DNA of 62,861 nucleotides, the filler included, from Bigelowiella natans CCMP2755 (lineage: Eukaryota; Protista; Cercozoa): assembly GCA_000320545.1 (NCBI GenBank). It is 8 parts of 8 records of this genome, joined end to end, with 100 filler letters (N's around TTAATTAATTAA, not from the genome) between each part and the next. Parts side by side here need not be neighbours in the genome. Positions count along the whole stretch, not along the records: positions 1 to 15,753 come from ADNK01002275.1; 7 more parts are not named here. One strand, 5' to 3'. The notes beneath the pieces were generated by a model, which searched no databases, was not told the DNA's origin, and saw nothing but the letters and a program-made list of their open reading frames with translations. Of this stretch, positions 1 through 14,060 are shown in pieces (position 1 is the first letter of the stretch; each line of letters begins with the position of its first letter). A program made the translations under genes and the position numbers.

Positions 1-297
1 ATCTAGCGTCTCCGATAGCCAAGGTTTGTGTTAGTGAGAGATGGTGAGCTTTCCCCCCCCCCCCCCCCCCCCCCCCCACCCTCCCTTTCTTTCTCTCTCT
101 TTCTCACCCATTTCCAGTTTGGCCTAGCACCGAAGGAGAATAGGAGGCGATTAGGAAATGTCCGGGGGAGGAAGAACACGTCTCCTTCACCTTAATAATA
201 ATGGTCGTCAGGGAGGTTGACTCAAAATCAGCAATCTCACCAAAAACATAATCAAACACATTCGCTTTCACACACGCGCAAATAAATTTTTAATCTA

Positions 298-340
<43 letters not shown>

Positions 341-566
341 CTAAGAGGCAATATTAGATCTTGCAATGCAAACCAGGTTTCGGAAGTGTGCGACGTCTTT
401 TTGGAAGTCTCCATCCCCCCCCCCCCCTTCCGTTTTATCGGGGCAACTCGCTCTGATGTAGATCGAACAAGGATGGCGTAAACATCGCGCCAATCCACTT
501 GTTTGTATATATGGCTTTGAACCCAAATATAATAAATATCTACACACTCAAACACTTACATACATG

Positions 567-605
<39 letters not shown>

Positions 606-852
606 GCACATATTCGTTGGGGTGCGGAGTCATTGCCTATTCTTACTACTGCCATACACAATGCTAGGGAATGCTGATACATCCCACAGAGCTGAAAGGA
701 AGATGAAATAAACGCAAATTGTGCGTTGTGACGCACCTCCATTTTTCAACTTCAGCACCGTTGCATGACGCCAAACACGCTAATTTGTCAAATGATATCC
801 CCTGCAACCACAACGCGCGAAATCGTTATTCAAAACGCCTCAAACACGCATA

Positions 853-909
<57 letters not shown>

Positions 910-1260
910 ATAGTGTTATTAATATTAATATGTTATATATCTATATTTATATAATACGTGCAGTGTTTTTATGTGTGTGTGTGCGCGCGCGCGCGCGCAC
1001 ACGTGTGTGGTGGTTTCGCGCATATCCCCCTATTCTCGAAGAAATATGATACGGCACAAAACGCGCGGCAGGTCGTGCGAAAGCTAGAGCCCTCTCTCCT
1101 TATCGAGAAGGTCAGGCAATCATCATATGCGAAGATACGGAGCACTCGAGACGCTCCCCTGTTGCGAGACAGTACACAATCTTATACAACTCATGCTCTA
1201 TGACCTTTTTCCGGATTTTCTCAAGAGACTCACAGCAATCCAGCATCTCTTCGCTATTTG

Positions 1261-1312
<52 letters not shown>

Positions 1313-1649
1313 CATAGTTTGTATATAGTTTGTATACAAATAGTATATTGATATCTATCCTGCCGCATAGACTGAATAAAAGAAGGGCACCAGTGGGCAA
1401 TCAAAGCAAACACAACAGCAAACAGCAATCACGCTATCGTTGTATTCTCGTAGATTGATAACGACAGAGTGGCGCTTTTATCTTAACCTCAAAGATATTT
1501 TTTTTTACTACAAAAACGAGGCAGCATCCGCATCTTACGTCTTCGCAACGTTACCTGAACCACCGCCACCCCCCTTTCCATATTCGTCCTGGATCGATTG
1601 CTAGCGAGTTTAAGACCTGAGATAAAATCAAGGATTGAATGTTATATAT

Positions 1650-1689
<40 letters not shown>

Positions 1690-1837
1690 GTAAGTACATA
1701 TATTTTCTAATTGATCCAATGCATAATCCAATTCTGATGACAGTGCTGCTTGTCGCTATGGAAGAGACGCTCTACAATTTAGCCTTATATCGGCACATCT
1801 ACACCGGCCTCCTGTGTCTTCAATGGCGCCCGAGTGG

Positions 1838-1996
1838 CTATTCTACCATTACAGTGAAACTACCATCGTCAGCGTTGAGAGGCCGCAGAATGCTGGCTCG
1901 TCCTGCGTTCGGAACTGCTCCGCTAATGGAAAATAAGACGAGGCCGTGCCCTCTACCAACGCTTCCTGATTCGTGCGTGTACGTGTGCGCAAGTGT

Positions 1997-2046
<50 letters not shown>

Positions 2047-3186
2047 GCGTGCATTTCGAGAGAGCTGCAGCTGTGCAGTGGCGCTTGACCTGAAACATCT
2101 GTATTCCAGTGCTACTTCCAAACCTTATGCACGAACTAGGGAGCTCGCTGACGAAGAGGGCAGACGTGGAGGAAAGAAAGGGCCACTTAGTTGCGTCAGC
2201 ATCGTACCAAATCACCGAATCGCTCTATACTCTGAAGCACAGACCTCGTCTCTCTCTCCCAACCTCCCCTTCAAAACGGGTCAAAACTAACTGCGAAGCA
2301 GACACCAACCCCACACACACCGTTTATAAAAGCTTCTCAGCGGCCATTCGCTAGGGTCCGTCGAGCCAGGGCCATACGGAAACATGGAAGAAACCTTTGG
2401 AGCGTCACAGGATAAGCACAGAAGAGAAGGGCAAGCGACGATAGAAAAAACAAAATACACTGCAAGATAGGTATACGAGGCCGAATCTGTGCTACCAACC
2501 GATGGGTGGCCGTGATTTGAGTTATACTCGGTTGCGTCGTGTTCGGCGCATTCTTTCATATCTTCCCTCTCCAAAGATCTAGATGGACAAGAACCTGATA
2601 AAGGGGAGGATGCAAAACTTCAGGGTCTCTCGGATTTAGGCGCGAAAGATGCGGTCTAGCCGACGGTGCATACCTTCAGACTCACACTTTCTCGAGTTTT
2701 TACAAGCCTTGTCCGCCCTTGTCGATGAGCATGAAGTCTGATGTTCCTGTGAATGTAGGTGGAAATCAACACGTTTGAGGGATGGCTGTGTTGAGCGTGT
2801 AGGATTTCAATCATTTGAGGAACGAAGGTTCGGCCTCAAAGCTTCCTTCCATCTCCAAACCTCTGTCGGCTTTCAAGCTTCCCAACCCGTACCCTCCACA
2901 CAAAGTGGTCTTTCAAATCAAATCAAGATTCTCGCGGTGGTCATAGGGAAAACGAATCCCCGGAGCAGTCGGAGCTCACCTCAGCTTTGCCCTTCGCGTC
3001 CAGTTGTCCTGGCCTTCTTCCGGTTGAAAACATCTCAGCTCTTTTGTAACCAAACAACGCCCGCACTATTCGATTATTCGGAATGTGGCTTCGAATCTGT
3101 CGCCTCATTGAGTCACGGGGCCCTCGCTTTGGAGCCCTGGCCCTGGCCAGCAGCGACGAAGCACCCCGCCTAGTGCAAGACGCCAT
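1838..3186 (-). CDS. Hypothetical multi-exon protein (exon structure uncertain)
   Basis: Several short coding-like segments on the minus strand bounded by GT/AG (e.g. [12 protein letters not shown]...QMFQ|GT; AG|..[13 protein letters not shown]...VE*). The N-terminus [17 protein letters not shown] is Arg/Ser-rich like a transit peptide. No family recognised with confidence. Confidence 0.35.
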
Positions 3187-3617
3187 TCTTTGGAATTTAA
3201 GACCAAACTTTTATTAATGTTTTTTGAGAATTATCTGAATTAGGATCCTTTTATATTTTGCGACAAGAGAATATTTCGAATTCGGTCCATAAAAGTAGAC
3301 AAAGATCAACATGGCAGTTCCATTTCGGACTCGCACTCGCGTTTTCAGTCTCACGACAAAAAGTGAAGTTGGAAATTCAAAATCGAAGGTTTGCTGTTCG
3401 TCTCGTTCCTGGAAATAAACTCGGCTGTTTTTTAGACGACATTCAAAAATACAGCGGGATTCTCCACTGCGACGTTGTTAATTTTGAATTTTTATTGCAA
3501 AAATCACATGCTTTTTCCCTGGCAAAGAATTATTCAAACTGTTTGAAACTGTTCTCAGCAGCAGCAGCAGCAGCAGCCCCTCTCTTCTTGACGTTCTAGT
3601 CTTTCTGTTGTCAGCCG

Positions 3618-4371
3618 ATGGAGCTGCTCTCCCCCTTTTACTATCCATCAGATGACGATGTGAAGTTTAGCCACGATTCGGTGATGTAATGTTTCAAACG
3701 GCAATAGTTGTTTTCGGAGTCATGGATGCATTTTTAGAGTCAAATCAAGAGGTAGTCACTGACAATTCAGGACTGGTGTAAATATGTGTAAATGTTGTTA
3801 GGAGGGTTCCTTCTGTGGCTTGCCGTGTTTTAGCAATGCTGTCGATTTCGATGATTTTGACGGAGATAACGTTGAAGGTGCCCACCCCCCCAGTTCGGAT
3901 TTCGTCACTTGTGACCAGCCGATGGGCGATTTTCCCTCTGGTTGCAACGTACCTGGGTACACTGCTGCAATAGATAGAAATTCACCATGTTTCAAGCATA
4001 GGATCCTCCAGGGAATCGATGTGAAGCGAGCAGGCGACCCAGAATGCGCTATCTGCTTGGAAATCTTGGACCCCGACGAAGATCGTGTTGATAACGATAT
4101 CGTCATGCTGGCCTGCAATCACAGATTCCATCGAAGATGTCTTGGGCAGTGGCTGGAAAGCAGAGCTACATGCCCGATGTGTCGGGAAATTCAGCACTCG
4201 CAAGTCCGCCGTGACATTGCTCCAACTTGCAGAAACCTTGTGGCGTACGCAGGGCCGTCGTCGAGGGACACGGAGAGTTTAGCTACGATGATGCTGAGAG
4301 AAGCAGACCAACCCTATCTTTACCCAAGCGGTTCACTGAGGGTTGGAATTGTCGAATCCTGGATGTTCTAG
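3618..4371 (+). CDS. RING-H2 (C3H2C3) zinc-finger E3 ligase-like protein
   Basis: Motif CAIC-x19-CNHRFHRRC-x10-CPMC in ORF 3820-4371. Probable ATG at 3618 with short upstream exons and an AG acceptor at about 3801. Confidence 0.85.
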
Positions 4372-4877
4372 TGTATCGACTACGGTGTTGAGGGAGACAG
4401 TGCCAGTGCACACACCGCCTGCATTTGTGCAAGTTATCACCTTTGTGGTGGAATCTGTGCATATGCCACTCCAGAAAAATCTAAGCTAGCATGATGTATA
4501 CTTCTTTTGATGGGCACTCTTCATGTGTGCATGTAATATTTGCTTGGTTCGAATGCGTTACGTTGCTAACTAGCGCTCACATTGGAGACGTAATGTGGTG
4601 ACGCTTACGCCACAAGGCATATGTGCATACATGCTTCTCACAGTTGCAACATGTGACTCTCCATGGACTATAGCACACTCTGTTAATGCAAGCATGTGTT
4701 GGCTAAGTCGCGCTTGTAGCATGATGGCCAAATGCTAGAATGCCAAGGGACGGTTTCACTGTTCATGACTACGCAAACAACTTTGCGTGCGATGTGGATC
4801 ATGATTTTATAATTTCCATTGAGCATAGCCGCACATGAGTGCAATTGCAATCGCGCACATGTGCTAAGTGTGCATGT

Positions 4878-4909
<32 letters not shown>

Positions 4910-5004
4910 GCACACACGTGCACATGCATGCATTATTGTTACATGTGCTGTGTTTATTTTATATATTTTAAGTGATTTATAGTACTTGCACTATCCAACC
5001 CAAT

Positions 5005-7595
5005 CTAAACGAATTCGTCGACGATGCTCTTATTTGCAATACTTATGAAATATTCTGTGATTATGTCGCTATACGCTGCAGCGTCCAGAAGTTGGTTCTC
5101 CAACCTCGCTAGAATGCTGGCCCCCCTGGCCCGGCTAAGACCCGAGTCTTCCATGACAACTCGCCACGTCGCAATCAAGCGTGCGACGTCAGCCACGCCC
5201 TCTCGATGAACTCGGATGATGTAGTCTAGCACGCTCTCCCCGGTGGACTTCAGCCGGTGCTCGTACGGCACGTGGTGGAAGAAGAGTAGCAGGTTCTCCG
5301 GGCAAGTCTCGATGTCGTCATACATGCGCGCCGGAGCCTCATGGTACTGCATGCTGAATCCGGTCCCCCTCGAATTTCGATTACATCCCACCCCTCCATG
5401 CGTCGCATTCGAGTAGCCTGTATCCTGCTTTGGATCTGGCCAGTAGTGATCATCGGTGCGACCCAGCCCCTTCCTACCGCGCCCCCCCCCCCCCTCCTTG
5501 CGAGCGCTGTCGCCATGCCACACGTTGTTCGGGTCACATGGCCCCCCTCCAAAGCCGTCGCCTACGACGAAGCCCAGCCCGAGGGGGGAATCGTACTTCT
5601 CGTACGTCTCCCAGCTGCTCTCGAGCATGCCGGCGACGAGCTCCACGCTGCCGGGCCGAACGCGGGGGAACACGCGCCGCGCCCATTCGCGGTGGATACT
5701 GCGGCTAGAACGCCGGGTGTCCCACGCGAGCTTGCCGAGTCCGTACCAGTTAGACGCCGCCATAATGTGCCCCGTCCAATTGCTGTAGTTCCCTAGGTTT
5801 GACACAGCAGCCATTCCGCTGACGGTGTTCGCGAACCCGGGGACCTCCCGCTTTAGCAGGGCTGCAACGGTGGAGTTCTCCCCAGACGCGTGCGTGTCGA
5901 AGTCAAGGTATGACCTCCACATTTTGGACAGCCCGACCATGTGAATCTGCTGTCCGGTGTACTCTTGCGCAGCTTGGAGCTCGATCATCACGTTTGTCTG
6001 GCGAAGGCCGCCGAACAGCGGCGAGACGGGCTCCCGCACTTGAAAGTCGATGGGGCCGTTTTTAATCTGGAATGTCCACACACAACAAAGGAATCTTCTT
6101 TAATCGAATACTCGTTCAATATATTTCGGTGCAAAATACGACAAGCGTCATGCCCTTCAAAAGCGCAGCTGCTGACTTATCAATTGGTGCTGGAGAAAGC
6201 GAAAACACCATTGTTTCGAACATATTTCACGCTTTCGATAGCGGTGCTCTCCACCTGCACGATGACGTTGTCCTTAAACTTTCCATCGAGAGGCTTAAAG
6301 GTTAGATAGGCTTGGACAGCTCGATCCCTGTCTTTCAGGCCGTTAAGGTTATAAACGAAGGCCCTCCACAGCACCCTGCCCCCGAAGGGCTCTAGAGCTG
6401 TCGCGAGCATGTTAGCCCCGACGTCTTCAGTGCGATTGAATGTTCCTGGCCCGATGTGATTTTCGGAGTCCGCTTTGACCAAGAATCCACCGAAATTGTG
6501 CGGCATCAGGGCGTGAATCTCTCTCGCCTTTGCTCGCCACCATCTTTCAACAGCAGGGTTTGCCGGGTCGAGGCTGGCGTTGGCAATGCGCTGCGCCGCC
6601 GGCCCAACCAGCGAAGGAGCGGCGTAGCAGATTGAGAAGTAGAGCGACACGCCATAGCGCGCAAACGATGGCGCAAGGTTTTGTGAGATTCGTTTCAGAG
6701 TCTCCGCCTCCAGCAGCTCGATGTTCTTGTCGCTGCAAGCGTTGACGTTGTTCAGCGAGAGTGCGTTGAGCCCGATCGACGCAAGGTACTTTGCCAGGCG
6801 GTCAAAGGTCCTGTCATACCGCTCTATTGCGACGGGCCAAATGAGAGAACCCCCCGAATATCCCCTCTCAATGTGGCCATCGAGATCGTCCCAAAGCTGC
6901 CATATACGCAGGTCAACGTCCGGGGACTCGGCACACGACTGGATAGGAAGCTGCTGCTGCATGCGGGAAATGAGTTCGAAAACCCCGTACAAAAATCCGA
7001 CGGGTCGGGTGGCAGCGAGTCTGATGACACGCTCATTCCGTACATTGATGGAAAAGCCTTCTTCGTGGTCCAGATTCCCGCCGTAGGTTATTTCAAGTCC
7101 ACAGTCGTCTGAACGCAAATTGAGCCATCGAAACAGCAAATTCACATACATAGGTATCGCCTATGCGCGCTACAACAACCGATCTGAGAGACGATCAGAT
7201 GCACGAAATCTCAAGATAATGTACATTAAAAAAACAGGATAGTTAACGAATCTAAAAAATCCATTTGTGTCTCGCCCCATTACGCAACCTTGAGGGAGCA
7301 TGTCCACAACTTCGATTTCTATTCCAAGGGATATGTTTGCGAATTCTCTTATTGTGTCGATGGTAGTATCGATCAGAATGGGCGCATTTTTGTCACGATC
7401 GATGCCGGAGTCCGATGCGGGAAGAACGATTTTTGAAAGGAAGCAAGCATATCTCTTAGCAGCAGCTTTGTTCTCCAGCGGAACATAGTTGAGCCACAAA
7501 GGATCTAGCTTTTCATTTGTGGGATTTGACGAAACACTGAAAGCTGTTGAAGGGGGGGGGGACCAGATCGCTACAACGATGACGAAGAGCAACAT
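5005..7595 (-). CDS. Secreted alpha-glucuronidase, glycoside hydrolase family 67 (3 exons)
   Basis: GH67 motifs WDDLDGHIERGYSGGS, VKADSE..GP, WRAFVY, Q|IKNGPIDFQVREPVSPLFG, ELQAAQEYTGQQ, CPENLLLFFHHVPY. Hydrophobic N-terminal signal peptide. GT-AG introns at about 7110-7288 and 6068-6254. Confidence 0.93.
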
Positions 7596-8189
7596 GGGGT
7601 AGTCGGATCTTCTGAATTTGGGTTTTGTTATAAGGGGATAAGTAGAAAAATAATTATAGAAATATTGGGTTATAAATGTGCGTAAATATTTCCAAACCCT
7701 CTTTTAAAAAATGATATTCGGAAAGATTTTAATTTTCCGAAAGTTGTAGGCTATTCGATATTTCTCGATGTCCATTGATGCTATTCAGAAGTAGAACGTT
7801 GCAGCATCCGTGCGTTCGTCGCCGATGCTCTTTAGTTCCGAGGCGAGGAAGCAGGAGAAAACTGCGTTTGTTTTTTTACTTGCGACATCATTTGTGGAGG
7901 AAAACAATGACTAATGGATGGCAAATTCAGCAATAATCTTCAAAATTGATTGTCGACCTGAATGAATAACCTGTATTTACTCCAATTTTCCTTGGAAAGG
8001 AAAGCCCTTTCCGTTACCTCTTTTGACCATAGTTAATTGCCTGGCATCTAGATCGTACGACAGCTCCGAGATGGTTTATCGCAGTATAGCGACAACTAAT
8101 TTAGCATGTCGTAAGGACGAAACTAGTTCGATTTTGTCAAAATGTTGGCTGAAGCGCCGAGTTTCCACTGATTCTCTTGTTTTGGATAC

Positions 8190-9271
8190 TTGGATACTCC
8201 CTCCCCCAACACACAGCGGTCCTCGAAAAGCTTAATGTACCAAGCGTTCGAGGAGAAGTCGCCCCAACAGCCACGGCGCCCGCCCAATCTTTACCGAAAG
8301 CAGACAGAAAATGGGGAGGCAACGTGTCGCATTTGCTTCGAAGGGAGGGAGGATGGCGTGCTGTTTAAACCGTGTTTGTGTGATGGCAGCATGGGTTACA
8401 TACACGTTCAGTGTTTGAAGACTTGGATGAGCACAGGAAGACATGGAGCGTCCACGGAATGCCCCAATTGCAAATATAGGTTTTATTTTTTTGGAATTTT
8501 GGATTAGCCTACCCGAAGCAATACTGTAGAATCGCATTAACCGACCGTGTGAGAACTGATGATTGACGAGAGACGGGGTGCAAGATGGAACCCATTTTTC
8601 ATTCATCTGCGGTACTCTGAATTGATGAATACTATTGTTTTCCAACTCGAATCCTCAATATTAGATATCAATTTGGACGCATCGAGACCGTGGCTTGGAT
8701 GTCGTACCCTTGCATCATAGAACTATTCACCACGATAGTTTGCCTTGTTCTTTGGTGTTCTTTATATGCAACACTGGCATTCTTCGATTCACCGAAGGGA
8801 GACTTTTATTCAACTCATCTTCGTAACTGGGGCCTCGCAGTCGCCGAGTCGCGGCGGGTGAACTTGGCAATTTGCGCTACGATTCTATTTTCCTCGTTTG
8901 GGTATATGATGTACTTACTAAGCTGCATGGTTTGCTGCTCAAGAGTTTGTGGTGCCTCTGCGTTCAACTCGATCGAGTTTGGGACCATATGCTGCTGTAG
9001 CTTGGGACGATATAGTCGAGCTTGTTGGTACCGACTGGTACCTTGCGGGGCTGCGTGCGTTATATTTTGGGGAGTTACAATGGCGTTTACTGGAACTTAC
9101 GCCATTCTTAAAGGGATGATAAAGACAGGAAGAGATGCAATCCAGGAGTATGTTCTTGATATAAGACCGGAAAAGTACGGACTTATTAACGAGGGCTCTT
9201 CCGCCTCTTGCTGTGGTTGCTGCTGCCCACCAACCCATGGTATGAGCGAAAATAAACATAGAGAGCCTTGA
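8190..9271 (+). CDS. RING-CH (MARCH/Doa10-type) membrane E3 ligase
   Basis: CRICFEG...PCLCDGSMGYIHVQCLKTW...CPNCKY (C4HC3). After an intron (about 8481-8663) an exon encodes several hydrophobic helices. Start codon uncertain. Confidence 0.85.
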
Positions 9272-9761
9272 CTGTGCATGCGAATGAATGTACTAATGTT
9301 TATCTTCCAGTAGCAACACAGCATAGCATTTATTGCTTTGGATAATCGATAGCACGCCTTTGCATGATGACGGCCTCTCTGCTGCTGTTTTTTCGGACGA
9401 TGATACGCACCGCGTTTACCAGTGTAGATGTGATATACTACGCGCGCCGCACTGAAGCGACGCAATGTTTAAGCTGTAGCATATATGACATGCCAGTAAG
9501 CTGCTGCTCATGGACCTATTTGTATTCATCAGATTAACTACCATGTGTAAAGACGCATGGACTCCAGTAGTATATGATAACAACATGTCAGCTTACATGT
9601 GTACCATGGTCTGGTTTGTATGACGACGTCGTATCAAAGAGTACTACAAGTAATTTTAGTTGCAACAATCATATCAGATTCAAACATTGAACGGCCAACA
9701 TCCAACTGGCGCTTAGCCCACTTGACCCTATTGCGTATGAATCTACACAACATCGCGGATT

Positions 9762-11681
9762 TTAATCTGCATCGAAGGTCTTTAGCACCCTATCTTGCCT
9801 TCTTTCGGGCTTGTTCTCCATCTGCGCAAAGATGTTCGCGACGTCTAAATCCATGCCATCTGCCTCTGACGACGGATGGCTATCGCGGGCCCGTTTAGCT
9901 GCAGCCTTGCGATTCTGCAAATGACATATCCGTAAAAGGACAACTCGGTATTAGGGAAAAGCAAAAACAGCAAAGTAGGCCAAACGGAAAGGCAGCTTAC
10001 ACGCAATTACTATGTGTTTCATAAGTGCGGAGGAACATCCCACACAAAATATCCCGCAAGCGAGTAAGGGAAAACAACGTTTGCTTAGCTTACACCGAGC
10101 TCCCGAAACCGTATTTCACATAAAATATAATACATTTCTGACCTGTTTTTCTTGGCGCCGGCGCTGCCTTTTCCACTCCTGCACACTTTCCTTATGCTCC
10201 TTCACTACAAATGCAATTAGGGGAGAGAGCTTAGGCCGCACTATCGAAACATACAAAGCCTATCGAGATTATATCTCGTGCTATGTTGAACATATCGAGT
10301 CTCGAATCGTTGGCAGAATGGAAGGGAAACTACTCTTTTGCCAAAGGCAATTCGCCCTACCTTTTCTGTTTAAATACTGAGTTAGATTAGCCCATTTGAA
10401 GCCCTGTGATAGACATTTACTTTTGAGAGAAAAATCGAACAATTTAGGAATGAGTAGTTTAGGAATGGGCGCTGATGTTAATTCACTTCAGAGCAAGCAT
10501 CAAACTTGTAGCGTTGCAACAGCGCTAACAGCATCGTAGACAAGCATATGGGGGGCGAGTGTTTGGAAAGTGCAATAGTACGTGGAGATACGTAAGCTGC
10601 CATTGCGCCTTACGGTATTTTGCGCTTGATCTCCCTCCTATATAGCACAGCCATATAACGGTATCATAATGGCAAAAAGAACTGTTCGGCACGAACAAAT
10701 GCAATGTTTCTTCTACGATCAAATGCAATGTTTCTTCTCTCCGAGGCATGCAGCATGAAGCTCCTCGCCAAAGCAACTATGCAGTATCATATTTCGATAG
10801 CCTAGAGATGAGAGAGAAGTACACGATACGATACGCATTGAATGGAGAGGGGGGGAATAAACCTATATCACAGCCATCAAGCATCTTCACTGCACACCTC
10901 GCCGCGTCCTTATTGTAAAATTCCATCCACGCTTGAGTAAACTTCGGAGTTCTAACGATCTGGTTTTCTTGTCTGTTTTGTGGGTAGAATTTCAGTAATG
11001 ACTGGCGGTGCTCTCGCGGTTTGCTATTTCGAACTCCCACATATATTGGTTTGAAATCTGAGCAAAGCGATGATGTCGCAACTGGGTTTTGAGGACCTTC
11101 CGGAGGGCATGAGCATTTCCTTTGGAACTAGAAACACCCTAAAGGGGGGGGGGGGGGGGGGAAGTTAATGGCTGAACGAAAATATCGGGATCGATTCCAA
11201 TTAAAACTGTTCCTATTACAAATGATTTGTTTTCGTGATACCCTCTTGAGTCGGCCATAGCTGGAGACGCGCTCTCGCAGCGTGGCGACGGGCATGGAAA
11301 ACGGGTACCTTCCGATATGAACCAGTCCTATACAGTTGAAGCAATCATTGTGCGTTTTAACAATGAGTAATTGTTGAGACGAGTGAAATCCGGATTATTG
11401 CCTGTAGGGTCATCATCCCCGGAAGAATCTTCGAGCTCGAGAGCGCGAAGGGGGGGCGCGCTGCGACAGAACAATTTCTTCACGACGAAAAACAGGGAAA
11501 ATCAAATGATTTTTCATTCCTAGATCCCCCCATCATTGACCTGAGGGCAAACACACACGCCGCAGCAACGATGTGCATGTGCCAGATGTCTAGAACATGC
11601 GTAAGCAGGGCGCGATCTCTCCTCCCCCCCTTCTGCCTCTCCTGCTGGTCTGTCCTCCTCTTCAATCTTGGAGATCCGCAT
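9762..11681 (-). CDS. ESF2: ABT1/ESF2-like pre-rRNA processing protein (multi-exon)
   Basis: Exons read manually: GLVHIGRYPFSMPVATLRERVSSYGRLKR, KFTQAWMEFYNKDAARCAVKMLDGCDIG, GRSSAKYRKAQWQLTYL and GFKWANLTQYL. These match the ABT1/Esf2 pattern G..Y.SR.P..M...LR..LS.YG...R / F..GWVEF..K..A......L.G..IG / W...YL..FKW..L. Confidence 0.7.
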
Positions 11682-13995
11682 TAAATAGAAATAACATTAC
11701 AGGTATATCGCGCATATAATTCCAAAACCATAGAAAATATACGGATATTTTCATCTCAAACCTAAACTTCCGAGATCTTCAAGTAAACACCATAAGACCG
11801 AAATATTTCGAAAGTTTTTTTGTCTAAAACTCAGATGTTAATTTCAGAGGAAAGTGCAGGGAAACCAGGAGTTATGACGGAGCGACATATGAATTTTGTT
11901 GTCGCATCTAAAATATGGCAAAGACAAACGGAAGCCCCGCCCCAGGATGGGCTCCTCCCAGCTGAGCTTCCGTCCTTCCCTCCTCCTCCTTCTTTGTGCC
12001 CTCCCCGTCTCCCTGGTATGCTCAGCTAATATTGCGATTTGATATGATTTTTGATGATTTACCGGGTTATTAGTTTGGAGAGGTGTTCCGATCCCCTCTT
12101 GTACGATACAGAGGCGTGCGAGCTCGAGCAGGCAAGGGTAGGGTACCTGTCGGCGGGAGGGGAGGAAGGGCCTCGGGGTTTGTTGGACGTACGAGGAGAA
12201 GGGGAAACTTCGACCGTATCAGAAGAGAAGAACCAACTCGAATGGAGCACTTGCCGTTGACGTCAAATGTAGCGGAGGAGGAAGGACCGTGGGGAACGCC
12301 ATTCGTCGAGGCCAGGTACTGAACGATTGTAACTTTGGCGGATAACCGACTTTAACGATTATCACTCGACAACAAAATGCACAGGTTTTTAGAGGGCCTC
12401 CGAAGGAGAAGTATCACAACACCCTCCCCAGTCCAGATGAGGTGTTCTACGACACATACGTGAACGCAGACGAAAATGTCACAAAAATGCACGAAGCACC
12501 GTTCAGAGATCCTGCTAATCGCGCAATCAACAGAGAGGGCTTTACAGCATCACTGCCAGGCTATTGCGTGATGATGAACGTGCCGCTTGTTTAATACTGT
12601 GCATTGTGGTTTGTGTTTTACGTGCTACATCCAGCTCAACTGCAAAGATTTGGAACGGCCACTCGGTCGTCGTACAGGTAATGACGCCATTATATTATGA
12701 CAAAGTCAAACCTGCTAGTGCGCGCGTTTATCTTGCTTCCTCTCTCGCCCAACTATTCTCCAGGCTTCCACGGGATCGGGAAAGACCTTGGCCTATTTGC
12801 TGCCTCTACTTTCTAAACTCGTTGAAGAGAAGAGAGGCGTGCGGAAGAGTCAAGAAACAGCAACGCGGGTTATTCGAATAAATGTCTTACTGCTTGAATT
12901 TCAGTAGAATTTTGTTGATTAAATTTCCCAAAAAAACGAAACAAATCATTCACATCCGCGACAAGGCCAAGCAGCCGTGTCGCCGAGGAAAATCATCGAT
13001 GCTCCTGCACTGTACAATCCCCTTGAAACCGGAATAATAGCGTTCGAAAATCCGACTATGCACTTTCATCACGCGCCGTAAAAGCACCTGTATCTTTTAT
13101 AGCTTCTACCTTACAGAGGCTGTGATTGATACGTGCTGGAAAATGAGTTAGATGAATCGCCTATGTACCAAACTTACCCCCCCCCCTCCCCCTTCGTTCC
13201 TGGCCATTAGGGACTAATTCTCACTCCATCTCCGGAGTTATGCGTACAAACTGCAAGTGAGATTGAGTTTCTTGCCGGATCATTGGCGGGAGGGGAGGAG
13301 GAAGGCGAAATGCGGAACGGTAAGACTCCTTGAGCGACCAAACATTTCGAGATCATCATGGCTCTCTTAATCAACTGATTCGTGTACTCGACTGCTACTT
13401 GCACGCGTGTGTTTCAGAACGTCACATGTGCAGCTAGGCTACTTCTAACCACCCCTCCCTCTCTTCTCTCTTAACAGATGAGCGGGGCTTATCTTGCCGC
13501 ATGATGACGAGTGTGGGCCGGCTCGAAGACCAGCTGACGGATATAGAGTCGTCCCCCCCGGACGTGATTGTGGGCATGCCAAAGCAGGTGGGGGGGAGGA
13601 TGAGTTTGTGTAAAGGCGAATAATATGAGCAATTTATATTAAGAAAGCTCAAAGCGATACCAGAGTTAAGGCGGGGGGGGGGGGGGGGGGGGGGCAGAGT
13701 GCCTGCTGAATCTGATATGCGACGACTTCACTTAGGTAGCAGCTGCAATGAAATCTCAGCGAGGAAAAGCTCTATTCAAGGTGTATTACGAATTTATAGA
13801 ATACATATATGCATATCATATTAGAGTATACATTATATGGATATATGTATATTTATACCTAATGTGGTCTTTTTGTGCGAGACGTACAATGCTATTCCGT
13901 GTAAATCAAAGTAAGTTTAGGAGCTCTGAGATCTTCCTCCATTCGTTTGCCATGTTCCTCCTATCTACTTATAGAACTCTTTGCCGCATGCACAC

Positions 13996-14060
<65 letters not shown>

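Noticed and set aside
301-2290. ORFs with IYIYIY, THTHTH, CVCVCV and LSLSLS runs (also throughout the window)
   Set aside because: Translations of stop-free dinucleotide microsatellites.
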